From positions 42,456,734 through 42,520,733 of the forward strand of contig NC_068984.1 of the NCBI RefSeq assembly GCF_001194135.2: a DNA stretch of 64,000 nucleotides, read 5' to 3'. Every line of letters begins with the position of its first letter. Positions within the stretch are counted from its first letter, which is position 1. Made by a program: the position numbers and the translations under genes. The notes beneath the pieces were generated by a model. It worked only from the letters and a program-made list of their open reading frames with translations, had not been told where the DNA came from and searched no databases. The DNA is from Octopus bimaculoides (lineage: Eukaryota). Shown here piece by piece: positions 1 through 12,364 of the stretch.

Positions 1-159
1 AATATTAAGCTATTTATCTATTTTTGTACTATGGTCTTTCCCTAGGCAACTGTTTTCTTATACGTTCCATTTAATTATTAGTTTAGGTGTTCTTTCTCTA
101 TTCATTTTCCTATTTATTTGATGGCATCGTTTCATTAGTTTTGTCAGATGTAATCTAAT

Positions 160-368
160 TCTTTCTACTATGGGCACAAGTGCCTGGTATTTTGCGGGGA
201 AGGGGTAGTCGATGACATCAATCTCATTACTTCACAGGTAATTAGTTTATCGACTCCTATTGGATGACAAGCAAAGTTGACCTCGGAGGAACGGAAACTC
301 AGAACGTAAAGCGAGAAAATGCTGCTAAGTATTTTTCCAGTGCGGTTACAACTCTGCCAGCTCCCCGC
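160..368 (-). mobile_element. tRNA-derived SINE, family B, decayed copy
   Basis: The reverse complement gives the same head (gagctggcaga...), B-box-like ttctgagtt and the gaggtcaactttgc...gtcgataaa body seen in other family B copies (1589-1788, 15094-15300, 61165-61366). Confidence 0.75.
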
Positions 369-605
369 TCCCCGCCAAGTGTAATCTATTAAACTGAATT
401 GTTACATCTTATTAACCTAATTATGACATACCTTCTACTTCTCACATGTCTACTTTGATTTCTATCTTATGAATTTTCCAAACCTCAAAAATGCACCCCT
501 AAAAAACATAGTTCTGCCTAAATAACTTGTAAGGGGTCTTTCAGTTGTTTTATTTTCATTATTGCAACACTTTTGAGCTTAATTATTAAGAATTGATTGT
601 TCTAC

Positions 606-747
606 GATGACGAACTGGTAAAACCGTTAGCACTCCGGGAAAAATGCTTAGTGGCATTTCGTCTGTCATTACGTTCTGAGTTCAAGTGGTACTAGATTTA
701 TCGACCCCAAAATGCAAAGTTAACCTTGGTGGAATTTGGACCCAGAA
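606..747. mobile_element. SINE family B: plus-strand head (606-685) joined to an inverted body fragment (687-747)
   Basis: gaactggtaaaaccgttagcactccgggaaaaatgcttagtggcatttcg...ttctgagttcaa is followed by a segment whose reverse complement continues the family B consensus. Confidence 0.7.
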
Positions 748-754
748 ATGATCT

Positions 755-1005
755 CATTCAAATGCTATGTGCGGACTTTCGTTCAATTCTAATGCAGAAA
801 TGAGAGCTTGGTTGGATCAAGTCGAGTTGGTTGGAAATCGAGTGATTTCTACCGACAAGTTATTGAAAATCTTGTTGAACTTTGGGAAGAAGTTGTAAAC
901 AACAAGGTTAAATACATTATTGATTAATTAGTAGTTATTTTTTATTAAACCTTTTAAAAAATTTAAATTTTAAAAAAACCGCGGGAACTTAGTTGCCAAC
1001 CTAAT
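755..1005 (+). mobile_element. mariner DNA transposon 3' fragment with right TIR
   Basis: Frameshifted translation SFNSNAEMRAWLDQ / KSSDFYRQVIENLVELWEEVVNNKVKYIID* matches a mariner transposase C-terminus. It ends in aacttagttgccaacctaat followed by TA, a mariner-type TIR and TSD. Confidence 0.8.
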
Positions 1006-1588
1006 ATATATATATATATATGTATATATATGTGTNNNNNNNNNNNNNNNNNNNNNNNNNNNNNNNNNNNNNNNNNNNNNNNNNNNNNNNNNNNNNNNNN
1101 NNNNNNNNNNNNNNNNNNNNNNNNNNNNNNNNNNNATATATATATATATACGTATAAATATACGTATACAGATAGATGATAGATATTTTTTCATTAGCTT
1201 ATCTTGTAGATAAGTATACATTTGTTGAACATTTTTACAGATTTATATTTATTACGGAAACATTTTACATTTATACTTCTTTTGAAAGCTAATGTGTTCG
1301 TGACAACCACATTTCATATATTCATGATTCTAACTAAGATAATTCATTTAATGATTTTTCGTATCTATTATCTAGTTATGTTTGTCTTAAGTGTTTTACA
1401 TATCTTAAGATAAACAGAATTCTAGAAACACTTGTCTGAAATCATATATGCCATTTAACTATAAAATATCATTTATGCGTTATTTACATTTACTACTTCC
1501 TTGACTGGAACTATTTGAAATTTAATAAACAAGTTTTATAAACTGTTTGAATTTTAAATTTATTAGCTGTTTTAATAAATGTAACGTT

Positions 1589-1788
1589 GGTTTCAAATTT
1601 TGGCACAAAGCCATCAATTTCAAGGTAGCGTGTAATTCCAATGCTCAACTGGTACTTATTTTATCGACTGCGACAGGATCAAAGGCAATGTGGACGCCAG
1701 CGGCATTGGAATTTAGAACGCAAAGACAGACGAAATGCCGCTAAGCATTTTGCCCGCCGCCGTAACGTTTCTGTGAGCTTGCCGCCTT
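1589..1788 (-). mobile_element. tRNA-derived SINE, family B
   Basis: The reverse complement has head ggcggcaagctcacagaaacgttacgg...aaatgcttagcggcatttcgtctgtc and tail ...gtgccaaaatttgaaacc. Confidence 0.85.
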
Positions 1789-2742
1789 CCTTTAATAGAT
1801 ATATCAAAAATTATTTCTTGGTTTCAAATTTCTTTATTTCATTTATAATATAGCAAAAACTAAATGTAGGTTTCAAATTCCACTTTATCCACCAATATTT
1901 AAACTTTTATTTCGCTTGTTTACCGATTTTTTTTACATTAGTATATTACTGATTACTGTTTAAAATATCATCCATAAATTCTTACATAAAATTATATTAC
2001 TGATTACTTAGAGTAACCCTACCAATTTTTTCTTTCATTGAGTTTCTTCACATTCCCGCTTTTATATAAATAACTAGAAATTCGTCTAATTAGTCGGATT
2101 TTAATTACCCTCAGTTTAGCTTGTACACTACATCTAAAATATAATGATTTATTATTTTATAACAGTAATACTTACAGTTACTTTAAAAACTATTCATACG
2201 TACACACATATATGTATTATATATATATATGTNNNNNNNNNNNNNNNNNNNNNNNNNNNNNNNNNNNNNNNNNNNNNNNNNNNNNNNNNNNNNNNNNNNN
2301 NNNNNNNNNNNNNNNNNNNNNNNNNNNNNNNNNNNNNNNNNNNNNNNNNNNNNNNNNNNNNNNNNNNNNNNNNNNNNNNNNNNNNNNNNNNNNNNNNNNN
2401 NNNNNNNNNNNNNNNNNNNNNNNNNNNNNNNNNNNNNNNNNNNNNNNNNNNNNNNNNNNNNNNNNNNNNNNNNNNNNNNNNNNTTACATAACGATTGCAT
2501 ATAAAATCTTCTCCCACGCGCATTCACACATTCACCGAACCAACACTTTATTCCATATAAATCCTCACGTTAATATTTTTTCGGATTCCCGTCTTGTTTT
2601 CCTATATTGAATATATTGAGTATCACTCGTCTACATCAGTTTCTATCAGTATGTTAATGATCATTTTACTTGTTTATAAACCAAATTTAAAGACTAAAGA
2701 ACATGTATTCACTCCTCAATTTTCTTTCTGTTAAGCACTATA

Positions 2743-3467
2743 CATGGTCTGATCAATAAGTATCCGAATTGTTGCCATAGTAACGAAGCTAAAGCACGCA
2801 GAGTAAAACCGCCTGGCACAGATTGACCTCGAACTCTGCTCTGCATGCGCACTACGTTTTAAAGTTCCAGCTGGCTTTCGATGTTTACAGCAGTGCTTTG
2901 AAGGAAGATGTGTAACGTGTAATCGTCGCATTGACCATGACAGAGAAAGTTAAGCAGAGAATCTGTATCGAGTTCTGCTGAGAGCTCGACGATACCTGCA
3001 CAAAGGCCTACGTATAGTTTTCAAAACGTTTTTATCGTTCGTGATACAATCAGGGAGATCTTGCTCAACTGAAACCCGAGTGTCTTTTTAGTCAGCTGAA
3101 AGTAGTTTTGGCACAAATGTGGCAGACACGCTCTCATAGCCACATCTTCAGTCATAATAGACTGAACTTAATCGTGACTAATTTCCACATCCTCTGATAA
3201 CTCATACACCCCTCTCAATACACATTCTGCAACTTTGAGCAGGTATCGCCATGACCACTTTCTCTGTAACAGTCAATGTGACGATCACACGCTACACAGC
3301 ATCATTCCAAGCACCCCTGTAAACAACGGAAGTGAGCTAGAACGTTAAAAGTTAGTGCACATGCACAGCAGAGTTCAAGGTCAATTGTTGCCAAGCGGCT
3401 TTACTCTGCAGCATGCTTTAGCTTCGTTACTATGGTAACAGCCTGGATACTTATTGATCAGTCCTAG
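2743..3467. mobile_element. Non-autonomous mariner derivative with ~210 bp inverted ends
   Basis: 2743-2950 aligns as the reverse complement of 3257-3467, with TA on the left. The plus strand reads MTEKVKQRICIEFC*ELDDTCTKAY from 2937. The minus strand reads ELSEDVEISH..VQSIMTED..VSATFVPKLLSAD, a mariner N-terminal/linker region. Confidence 0.85.
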
Positions 3468-3769
3468 TTTAGGCTAAGATATGGAATCCAAGAAAATGGG
3501 TGGTGGCTAGTGTAGCTAAAAGCATGATGAGTAAGGTGAAAGGAGTAGAAAATCTAACGTTTCGATCATTTGTTCTTTTTGGAGAGAAAGATATATGTAG
3601 AGGCCAAAGAAGAGCGACAGCAGTAATGTATTTTATACTATTTACTTTTCTCTCAATTTCTTTTTAGCAACTGTTATGTTTAGTGCGGTTTTTTTTTCTG
3701 TCCCCGAAGGACAAGATTGTATAAAAAGTTGAATTTCCAATTCTCGCATCAAACCAGTTCATTACTGTT

Positions 3770-3859
<90 letters not shown>

Positions 3860-3869
3860 NNNNNNNNNN

Positions 3870-3912
<43 letters not shown>

Positions 3913-3949
3913 TGTAACTATATTCGTATATGCAAGCGTTGATCCTTCT

Positions 3950-5090
3950 CGTTAATTTCGCTAATATAGTTGTTAGTTAGCAATTTAATATTGTAGGGAA
4001 AATGGGAAGCAGGTAAGAGTTTCAAACATTTGTTTAAAATATAGCTTTAGAAGTATTTACACAGTGAGGAAACTGGGGAAACTGCGGATTTGTTGTTCTA
4101 GAAAGGTAAATTTAGGAAAATTATGTAAATCAAATGACTAGGACGAGTTTGGCACAGACTGATTGTTGAAAAGAGCAAGGACAGTTGTATTAACTCCAGA
4201 GGAGACAGAGAAGATATAGCACAATTGTGGGATCGTAACTGTAGCTTGTTACGGAGTAAAGGTTTTTAGATCAATGGCTGTTGTAATGCAGTTTGCATTC
4301 TCCCAAATTGGGAACTTTACTTCAAAGCAGCTGTAATCGTGTGTCATAGTAAGAAAATAACCCCTTATATCTAATTCTAGACCTATAGATATGGCCTTGC
4401 ATTTAAAAGTCAATCTTAAGTGACTGCTATTGATATATAGCCACTACGAAAAGTAAGAAGTTACGAAACCTATCTTTCGTAAACTTTAAACTTTTTAAAG
4501 GTTTTATTTGTGTGTTGTATATTGTATCTGCATGTAATAGGACGAGGTTCTAATGTTCTATTGACTGATATTTCAATGTCTTTCTTCATAGAACTGACAC
4601 ATTATTTTAAGAGATGTATCTAAGCTGCGTTTAGTGGGTTGATGTGGTTGAACACATCTGAGAAGATGAAATGTGGTATAATCTATATAGATATTATGTG
4701 TAGTTAGAAATGACAGCGAAAGAATTGGTTATTTGCACAAAAGGTTTGTAGGGAAAGTAAACTACCTTGATCAACACCAGAGTTCTTAGAATATGGTACA
4801 GTGAGAATTCCGTTGATATATATTAAAATGGAACAGTCTGACAAGAAAATTCCTTTCAAGAGATAAAAGATAGATGAAACACTTAGTCAGCCAACTTTGA
4901 TAGTCAGTTCTCATACTGGTCGAGATTTTCGTTGATGTCAAGAACAATAACATTGCTTTCGATGAAATTCGCAGGAGCACAAGTTGTGTGTGTGATATAT
5001 GACAGCAGGTCTGACTCGGCACAATCCATACAAAACGGTCAGTGGGAAGAGAAATAAAACCAAGGTGATAATGGATACGCTTTGTCGTTG
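3950..5090 (-). mobile_element. Decayed non-LTR retrotransposon RT region, CR1/L2-like
   Basis: The minus strand gives VLDINENLD (like LDISKAFD), FLSDCSILIYINGILTVPYSKNSGVDQGSLLS (~4750-4850; GVPQGS motif) and IYIDYTT (~4671-4692; YADD motif). It has many stops and frameshifts, and the outer limits are approximate. Confidence 0.7.
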
Positions 5091-5587
5091 TTTTTAATAG
5101 ATCATTCTTGTCGTTCATTCGTACATGTCGTTCATTTTGTATGTTTTCAGGGAGACTCTTTTTAGATTTTGGTGGAAGTGTTCACAAAAAGGAAAAACGA
5201 ATAGTTTAGGAAATATAAGGGGCTTCTTTCTTCAACTTCATATTTAAAAAAAAACAAGCTCCGCTAGCGTCACAAAAAGAGCGAAACTTTTCTCGTAAAC
5301 CAAACAGTGCGCTTGTCATACCACTCAAAATAAGGTAACAAATAGAAAAATAAAATGGTGCCTTCATCGAGACACCAGCATTTGAAAGATGAGCTAACAA
5401 AGCTTGAGCTCGCTCGAGGTAGACCTTTTTGCGAGTAAAGGGAAAATAATTGATATTGCATCGCATCTCGAGTAATACAACACATCGATGAGAGTGTGGT
5501 GTGTACGTCTGTTTATACACACACACGCGCACACACATACATAATACATACATACATACATACATACATGAGGGTGTCTATGGATAA

Positions 5588-5788
5588 CTGCTTCTCCAGC
5601 TTCTGTATCCAGACCATGAATTCATATCCATACCAATAATAATTGGAGCACTATGTTTTGTTAGTAAACGCTTAAAGGAGAATCTGAATAAACTGGGATT
5701 TTTAGAAAGCGAAATCGATCGGCAAATTCGTACATTACAAGTGCAATCTCTGAGTGGAACAGTAAAAATATACAAGTTCCAAATATGA
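5588..5788 (+). mobile_element. 3' end of the ORF of an RLE-type (R2-superfamily, R4/NeSL-like) non-LTR retrotransposon
   Basis: The open frame LLLQLLYPDHEFISIPIIIGALCFVSKRLKENLNKLGFLESEIDRQIRTLQVQSLSGTVKIYKFQI* parallels the C-terminus at 38198-38338 (NLEKLGLSKQERRKLIRRLQIQSIIGTVNICKTF). Confidence 0.7.
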
Positions 5789-6085
5789 ATTTGTTAACTA
5801 CATCCCAAAGATGGAGCCTTGTGTCTTTGTTGGAAACCGGCTTCCTCCTCAGTGGAAGATTTATGATAATTAAAAAATAGAAGAGACATACATACATAGG
5901 CAGTGTACCTTGCTTCACTTGCATCCGCATCTGTGCTTCTGATTTCAGCCTAAGAAAGACACTCGTGTGGTTTCAGCCTAAGAAATCACATGAACATCCA
6001 CAGATGTTGACCACGCAAGACAATCGTCTTCCTGGGACACGAGAGACTAGCATTTATTATCAAATATATACAGAGAGAAAGAAAT

Positions 6086-6183
<98 letters not shown>

Positions 6184-6394
6184 GAGGGAGGACAGAGATG
6201 GATTAGTAATTTCTCAATGAGTTATGTACGGATCGACAAAGAAAAGGCCGAGTCACATAAACACAGATACGAATGTGAAACAGTATATGGGCGAAGTAAA
6301 TTCGACAGGTATTACCATCTAGATCTAAGAAAGTCCTCCTTTATAAACTGTATAGAGAAGAAACATGCGTCTTTCTGTTAATATTAATAACTGA

Positions 6395-6546
6395 TTATAA
6401 GGTGATGAGCTGACAGAATCATTAGCATGCCGGGAAAAATGCTCAGCGGCATTTCATCCGTGTTCTGAGTTCACGTCCTACCGAGTAACACGTATATTTA
6501 TTTGGTATTCCTCGAAATTGCTGGCCTTGTGCAAAAATTCGAAACC
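6395..6546 (+). mobile_element. SINE family B, internally deleted, with 15-bp TSD
   Basis: Head gatgagctgacagaatcattagcatgccggg and tail gaaattgctggccttgtgcaaaaattcgaaacc. The sequence aatattaataactga is repeated at 6380-6394 and 6547-6561. Confidence 0.85.
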
Positions 6547-6969
6547 AATATTAATAACTGACTACAGAGCTAATGACTTCACCTGCCAGAGAGTCCACCA
6601 TTAATGTTAGATTAAAAGTTGTTTGCAGATATTTAGATAGTCGGAAGTAGGAGCAGAGCCAGCCCATAAGCATTTCAGTTTAACCCTAACTGTTGAAGTT
6701 AATGAAGTTTAAGGTTTAACTTCAACTCTTGTAAGTTCTTAGTAATACGGATACTTCGAAGTAGTTTCAGAGGTTTGCAATTCTGGAGATGACGCATCTG
6801 AAAAATAATTAGAATTACGTTTGGATGGGCTGAACACAGCAGCGACAAAAAGAGGAGGAAAGACCGTGAATTGGGTGGTACATTATATGTAGAACACCCA
6901 CAGACACAGATCGCGCGCGCGCACGCACGCACACACACACACAGAGTACACTCATATACATGCACACAA

Positions 6970-7000
<31 letters not shown>

Positions 7001-8090
7001 TACATATACGTGTGTGTGCGTGTGTGTGTGTGTGTATATACATATATATATATATATATNNNNNNNNNNCTATCATTGCGAATGCCGGATAGAAGGATCA
7101 CACAGGAGAGTTATTAAGAAAGGGAGATAACAAAGAAGTAGTGATCCCAAAAGGAAGGTGCATGTTCGTGAGAGAATGCTGGTGATCTTAACGTATGCAT
7201 GTGTGTATGTAGGTGTGAAGGTGTGAAAATGTGGGGATGGGAATTGGTCAGTCCTGGTGTGTGCGTGGTGGTGTGTTGTGAAGTGATGTGTTATGTGATA
7301 GGGTGTAGCGTGGTGTGATGTGAAGGTGTTGGGAGGTGGGGGAGGCGAGAGTGAGGAAAGCATGGGTAGTGTGTGAGTGAGTGTTAAAATGTATGCTTGT
7401 GTCAAAGCTAATCCAATATCACTAAATCCTCAGTTGGCGTGTAAAATGTAACAGGCCATGTCAGAATACAATCCTATGTCTGTCATACCTACTCTGTTAT
7501 CAGACAAGACTTCAAGTGTTTTGCCTGTTGCTTGTTCTTCGTTTTGTTCTTGACACAAGCAAGCAACAGAAAACGTGTCGGTTCCACTTTTCGTTAAACC
7601 AACAGGGTACAGCTTACTGAGAACAGCTATTTATGATAGCGTCGGATTTATAAGAAATAATTAGTGAAATGTGGAAACGGGAAAGTACCATCCTGACAAC
7701 GATATAGGCGATGTTGCCCCAAATATCGACATACATGTCAAATATGTGCATATATGATGTATGCATATGAACGGGTGCTCGCACACATAGACACATTATA
7801 CAAAGCTTTCAATGAGAACTGCAAAAACTGCAAAGAGTGTGATATGTTTGAAAAATTGTCAAAATATACTGAAGAAATTTAAGTGTAGTGTTAAAGAGTT
7901 TGGAATAGAAATAATATTATTATGTAAATCTGATTTCTAAATACCACACAAGCATATGTGTACTTATAACAAATTGGTGTTGATATGGCTCCGGCAAAAT
8001 GTCAAACCATGTTTTTAAGAGGAGTATGAGGGGTGCTCATATATTCACATATACATATATATACATACATAATATACATATGTATGTATG

Positions 8091-8123
<33 letters not shown>

Positions 8124-8178
8124 AGGTATGTGTGTATGCATATATATATATACATATAAATAGATACATGTATATACA

Positions 8179-8223
<45 letters not shown>

Positions 8224-9871
8224 TGATGTATTCACTTTGCGTTTATTTCTTAGTAGTCCAGTTTATTATTAAGTGAGAAAAATACAGTAAAATAGTAGAA
8301 TAATATCAGTAAATAACGTGCAGAAATGCAATGAAACTTTTTGGCACTTCATATTAGGTTTCACAATTATGAAATCGTAAAGTGTGAATATAAAAAAAAT
8401 TTGAGTATTTTTTGCATGATGAAATGTTTTCATGTTGAAAACACTAACCAGATCATGCCACTTGCCAAACAAGTACAATTTCAAAATAATATACAGTGTC
8501 TGTTTTTCATGCAACAACTTAATTTGCCCAATATCACACGAATTTTAGAACTGAGTAGAGACTGTTATGATTGAGTGTTGGAAAGTCGAATTATTCCGTC
8601 ATTCCTATAAGTTTAAGACAGGTTTTGTTCGCTGAAATTATAAATAGAGCCAGTGGCTTGTTTAGGCTCAAAAGGTCCTGGTAACTCTTGTTGACGCGAC
8701 AGAATATGTTGAAGCACCGGTGTCCCAGGATTCCTTGTACTGATTCCTTGTACTGATGTATTATGAACTCACTGTCACCGTAAAAGAAGTTGTTCTCTTG
8801 TGATGTACACAAGAACGTCTAGTATGTTTCGTCTTCGACTTTGCCGGTATGTATTGAGAATAACTATGCAAATCATCGTCTTTAATGCCTATTTCTTAAA
8901 ATTTCTGAAAAGTGGGTGCGTCTTCTCATTTATGATAGTTTCATATATTTAAATAACAACTACGCTTTAAACTAAACTTAACAGAACCACAGTGACTTTC
9001 TCAGAAAAAAGAATGATTCATTTAGATATAGTGTCATATAGTGTCCATTGTGGATGAGAATTATATGTATGCTTTTTGTTGAAGATCTGGTTGTTATGAG
9101 CAACAACATGCAGGCTGTGTTGAGTAGGGATTTGGTTTCTATTTCATCTAGATCGAGCTATTACAGTGAAGCTCCCTCGTTGCATTTTACAAACATCGGT
9201 TGTGTATGTTTGAGAAGTTAAACCGAAAGGATAAAGTGAAATGTTTCAAAAGCGAAACTGTTATATGTGGCGTTTAACATTAATGTTAAATACATGTTTT
9301 CAAATTAAACCCTTGACACAGTTTTAACACAGCAAACATTGAATGAAAAATATTTCTTTTTTGCGTTAACGTATACTTGAGATCGGACCGACACTAATAA
9401 AACTAGTTGTGACAACTTCCATGTCCCTAGTGTACCAAATTCCTCGACTCCTTGCTTATGGCCGCAGAATCATTACTAATCTGATATTTTCTTTAACCAT
9501 TTATAACTAAGTTAATACTTTAATCCTGCTGCCATCTAGCGTTATTACTTTCACCACTAATGATCTCTCTCAGTTCCAGTGTAAAAAACAGGATTAAAAG
9601 TCTGAAATTTGTTTTTCTAGTAACGAACATTTAACTTATATTTTAATCCACGGAGGCCTTAATTGATAACCAGTAAATGACAATAACGCATGATTTCTAA
9701 ACTTTTGATATTAAATCCTTCTAGCATTCTAAGTGCATATAATTTTGATTGATGATAAACAAAGAGCAAAGATCGCATTCATTCCTAGGGCTGGTTATTT
9801 AGAAACGCGCAAAATGCATATAATAGCATCCCTTATGCACATGGATGGTTGTATATAAACAAACGCATGTG

Positions 9872-9902
<31 letters not shown>

Positions 9903-9975
9903 AAGTGTGTGTATGTATGTCTGTTTATAAAATAAGAGTGATGAAACACACATATATATGTGTGTGTATACTATG

Positions 9976-10030
<55 letters not shown>

Positions 10031-11290
10031 NNNNNNNNNNNNNNNNNNNNNNNNNNNNNNNNNNNNNNNNNNNNNNNNNNNNNNNNNNNNNNNNNNNNNN
10101 NNNNNNNNNNNNNNNNNNNNNNNNNNNNNNNNNNNNNNNNNNNNNNNNNNNNNNNNNNNNNNNNNNNNNNNNNNNNNNNNNNNNNNNNNNNNNNNNNNNN
10201 NNNNNNNNNNNNNNNNNNNNNNNNNNNNNNNNNNNNNNNNNNNNNNNNNNNNNNNNNNNNNNNNNNNNNNNNNNNNNNNNNNNNNNNNNNNNNNNNNNNN
10301 NNNNNNNNNNNNNNNNNNNNNNNNNNNNNNNNNNNNNNNNNNNNNNNNNNNNNNNNNNNNNNNNNNNNNNNNNNNNNNNNNNNNNNNNNNNNNNNNNNNN
10401 NNNNNNNNNNNNNNNNNNNNNNNNNNNNNNNNNNNNNNNNNNNNNNNNNNNNNNNNNNNNNNNNNNNNNNNNNNNNNNNNNNNNNNNNNNNNNNNNNNNN
10501 NNNNNNNNNNNNAGTCATATGGAAGCGGGTCGTATTTCCCTATGACTCGTGTTTACTCGCTTGTTCGTGGTACTCTGCTGAAGAAAGTTGACCAAGTAAG
10601 ATATATTTTTATCTTGCTAAATAACTTGAAACCATGGTACAGAGTATAGACTGGTAAAAGTTTTTATTTTTCATTCTCTTTCGAAATTATCCCTATTTTT
10701 GTGGAATAGAGTTTTTTGCTGCTCTTTCTAGCGGGTTAGATGTCCTATTATAGGCATCTCTGTATTTTAATGAATAAAATAAGGATATATTTTATTCAGA
10801 CACTAAATTCATTAAAAATACTTTCAATCAATGATTCATTAATTCAAAAGTTTCTACCAACTACACCAATGTTAAACAAATGTATAAAGTTCCAATTATT
10901 ATAAACTATGCTATTTCTTACATAAAGATGATAATAATTATAAGTTCGAAACAACATAACATGATGATATATACTAAATATTATAGGATCTACAAGAAAT
11001 ATTCATATATGCATCATTATTCAAAAAGATATATAATTATATTTAAGAATTATTCTAATCTATTTATGCGTACTAATATAAACTTTATTCTTTGTAAATA
11101 ACAAGTAAAAAAACACAAATTTAATGAGTTTATCAGAAGATACCACTGAAAATCAATGTTTATAAATTTATATATTCATTGTTTATGGAAAAATAACCAG
11201 AAATATGTACTAACAATAGAAATGTTTTAATCACGATAGGGCGTTTTATAAAACTATTTATATATTATTACTATTAAATTTAATTTATAT

Positions 11291-11692
11291 TCTTTCTTTT
11301 ACTTGTTTCAGTAATTTGACTGTGGTCATGCTGGAGCACCGACTTTAGTCGAGCAAATCGACCCCAGGACTTATTCTTTGTAAGCCTAGTACTTATTTTA
11401 TCGGTCTCTTTTGCCGAACCGCCAGTTTACGGAGACGTAAAGGTACCAGCATCGGTTGTCAAGCGACGTTGGGGGGACAAACACAGACACACAAACATAT
11501 ACACATACATACACATGTACATATATATATATACGACAGGCTTCTTTCAGTTTCCGTCTACCAAATCCACTCACAAAGGTTTTGTCGGCCCGAGGCTATA
11601 GTAGAAGACACTTGCCCAAGGTGCCACATAGCGGGACTGATCCTGGAGCCATGTGGTTGTTAAGCAAACTACTTACCACACAGCCACTCCTA
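11291..11692 (-). mobile_element. tRNA-derived SINE, family A (CORE-like ccttgggcaag block, internal microsatellite)
   Basis: Near full-length reverse complement of the copy at 60550-61025. Confidence 0.9.
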
Positions 11693-11939
11693 TTCATGAT
11701 ATTTAAATAAATCTATATCATATAAGTTTCAGGTTTTATCAGATTGCACAATAGTTCCATTTTTTCCTTTTAAGATCATATACAAAATACTTTAGGTTCT
11801 TTAACTGTTTATTCCCCCAAGGGGATATTTAACAACTTTAGTATTTATGACACTATTTCATAAATCGTTTTCAAAAGCCTCCAAATGGCGGTTTGGCTGA
11901 TTAATAGCTTTTTAAGGAATTCAGTGTGTGAATGAAATT

Positions 11940-12364
11940 ACTCTTTACTCTTTTACTCTTTTACTTGTTTCAGTCATTTGACTGCGGCCATGCTGGAGCA
12001 CTACCTTTAGTCAGCAAATCGACCCCAGAACTTATTCTTTGAAAGCCTAGTACTTATGCTATCGGTCCCTTTTGCCGAACCGCTAAGTTACGGGGACCTA
12101 AGCACACCAGCATCGGTTGTCATGCGATGTTGGGGGGACAAACACAGACACACAAACACATACACACATACACGCATACACATATACATATACATATATA
12201 TACGACGGGCTTCTTTCAGTTTCCGTCTACCGAATCCACTCACAAGGCTTGGGTCGGCCCGAGGCTATAGTAGAAGACACTTGCCCAAGATGCCACGCAG
12301 TAGGACTGAACCCAGAACTATGTGGTTGGTAAGCAAGCTACTTACCACACAGCCACTCCTGCGC
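11940..12364 (-). mobile_element. tRNA-derived SINE, family A, full length
   Basis: The reverse complement starts gcgcaggagtggctgtgtggtaagtagcttgcttacc and ends in (gagtaaaa)n tail repeats. Confidence 0.92.

Noticed and set aside
8591-8812. 73-aa minus-strand ORF (QENNFFYGDSEF..VQGILGHRCFNIF)
   Set aside because: It has only a vague resemblance to RT motifs, contains a 13-bp tandem duplication and has no convincing splice sites. It cannot be called a gene or a TE.
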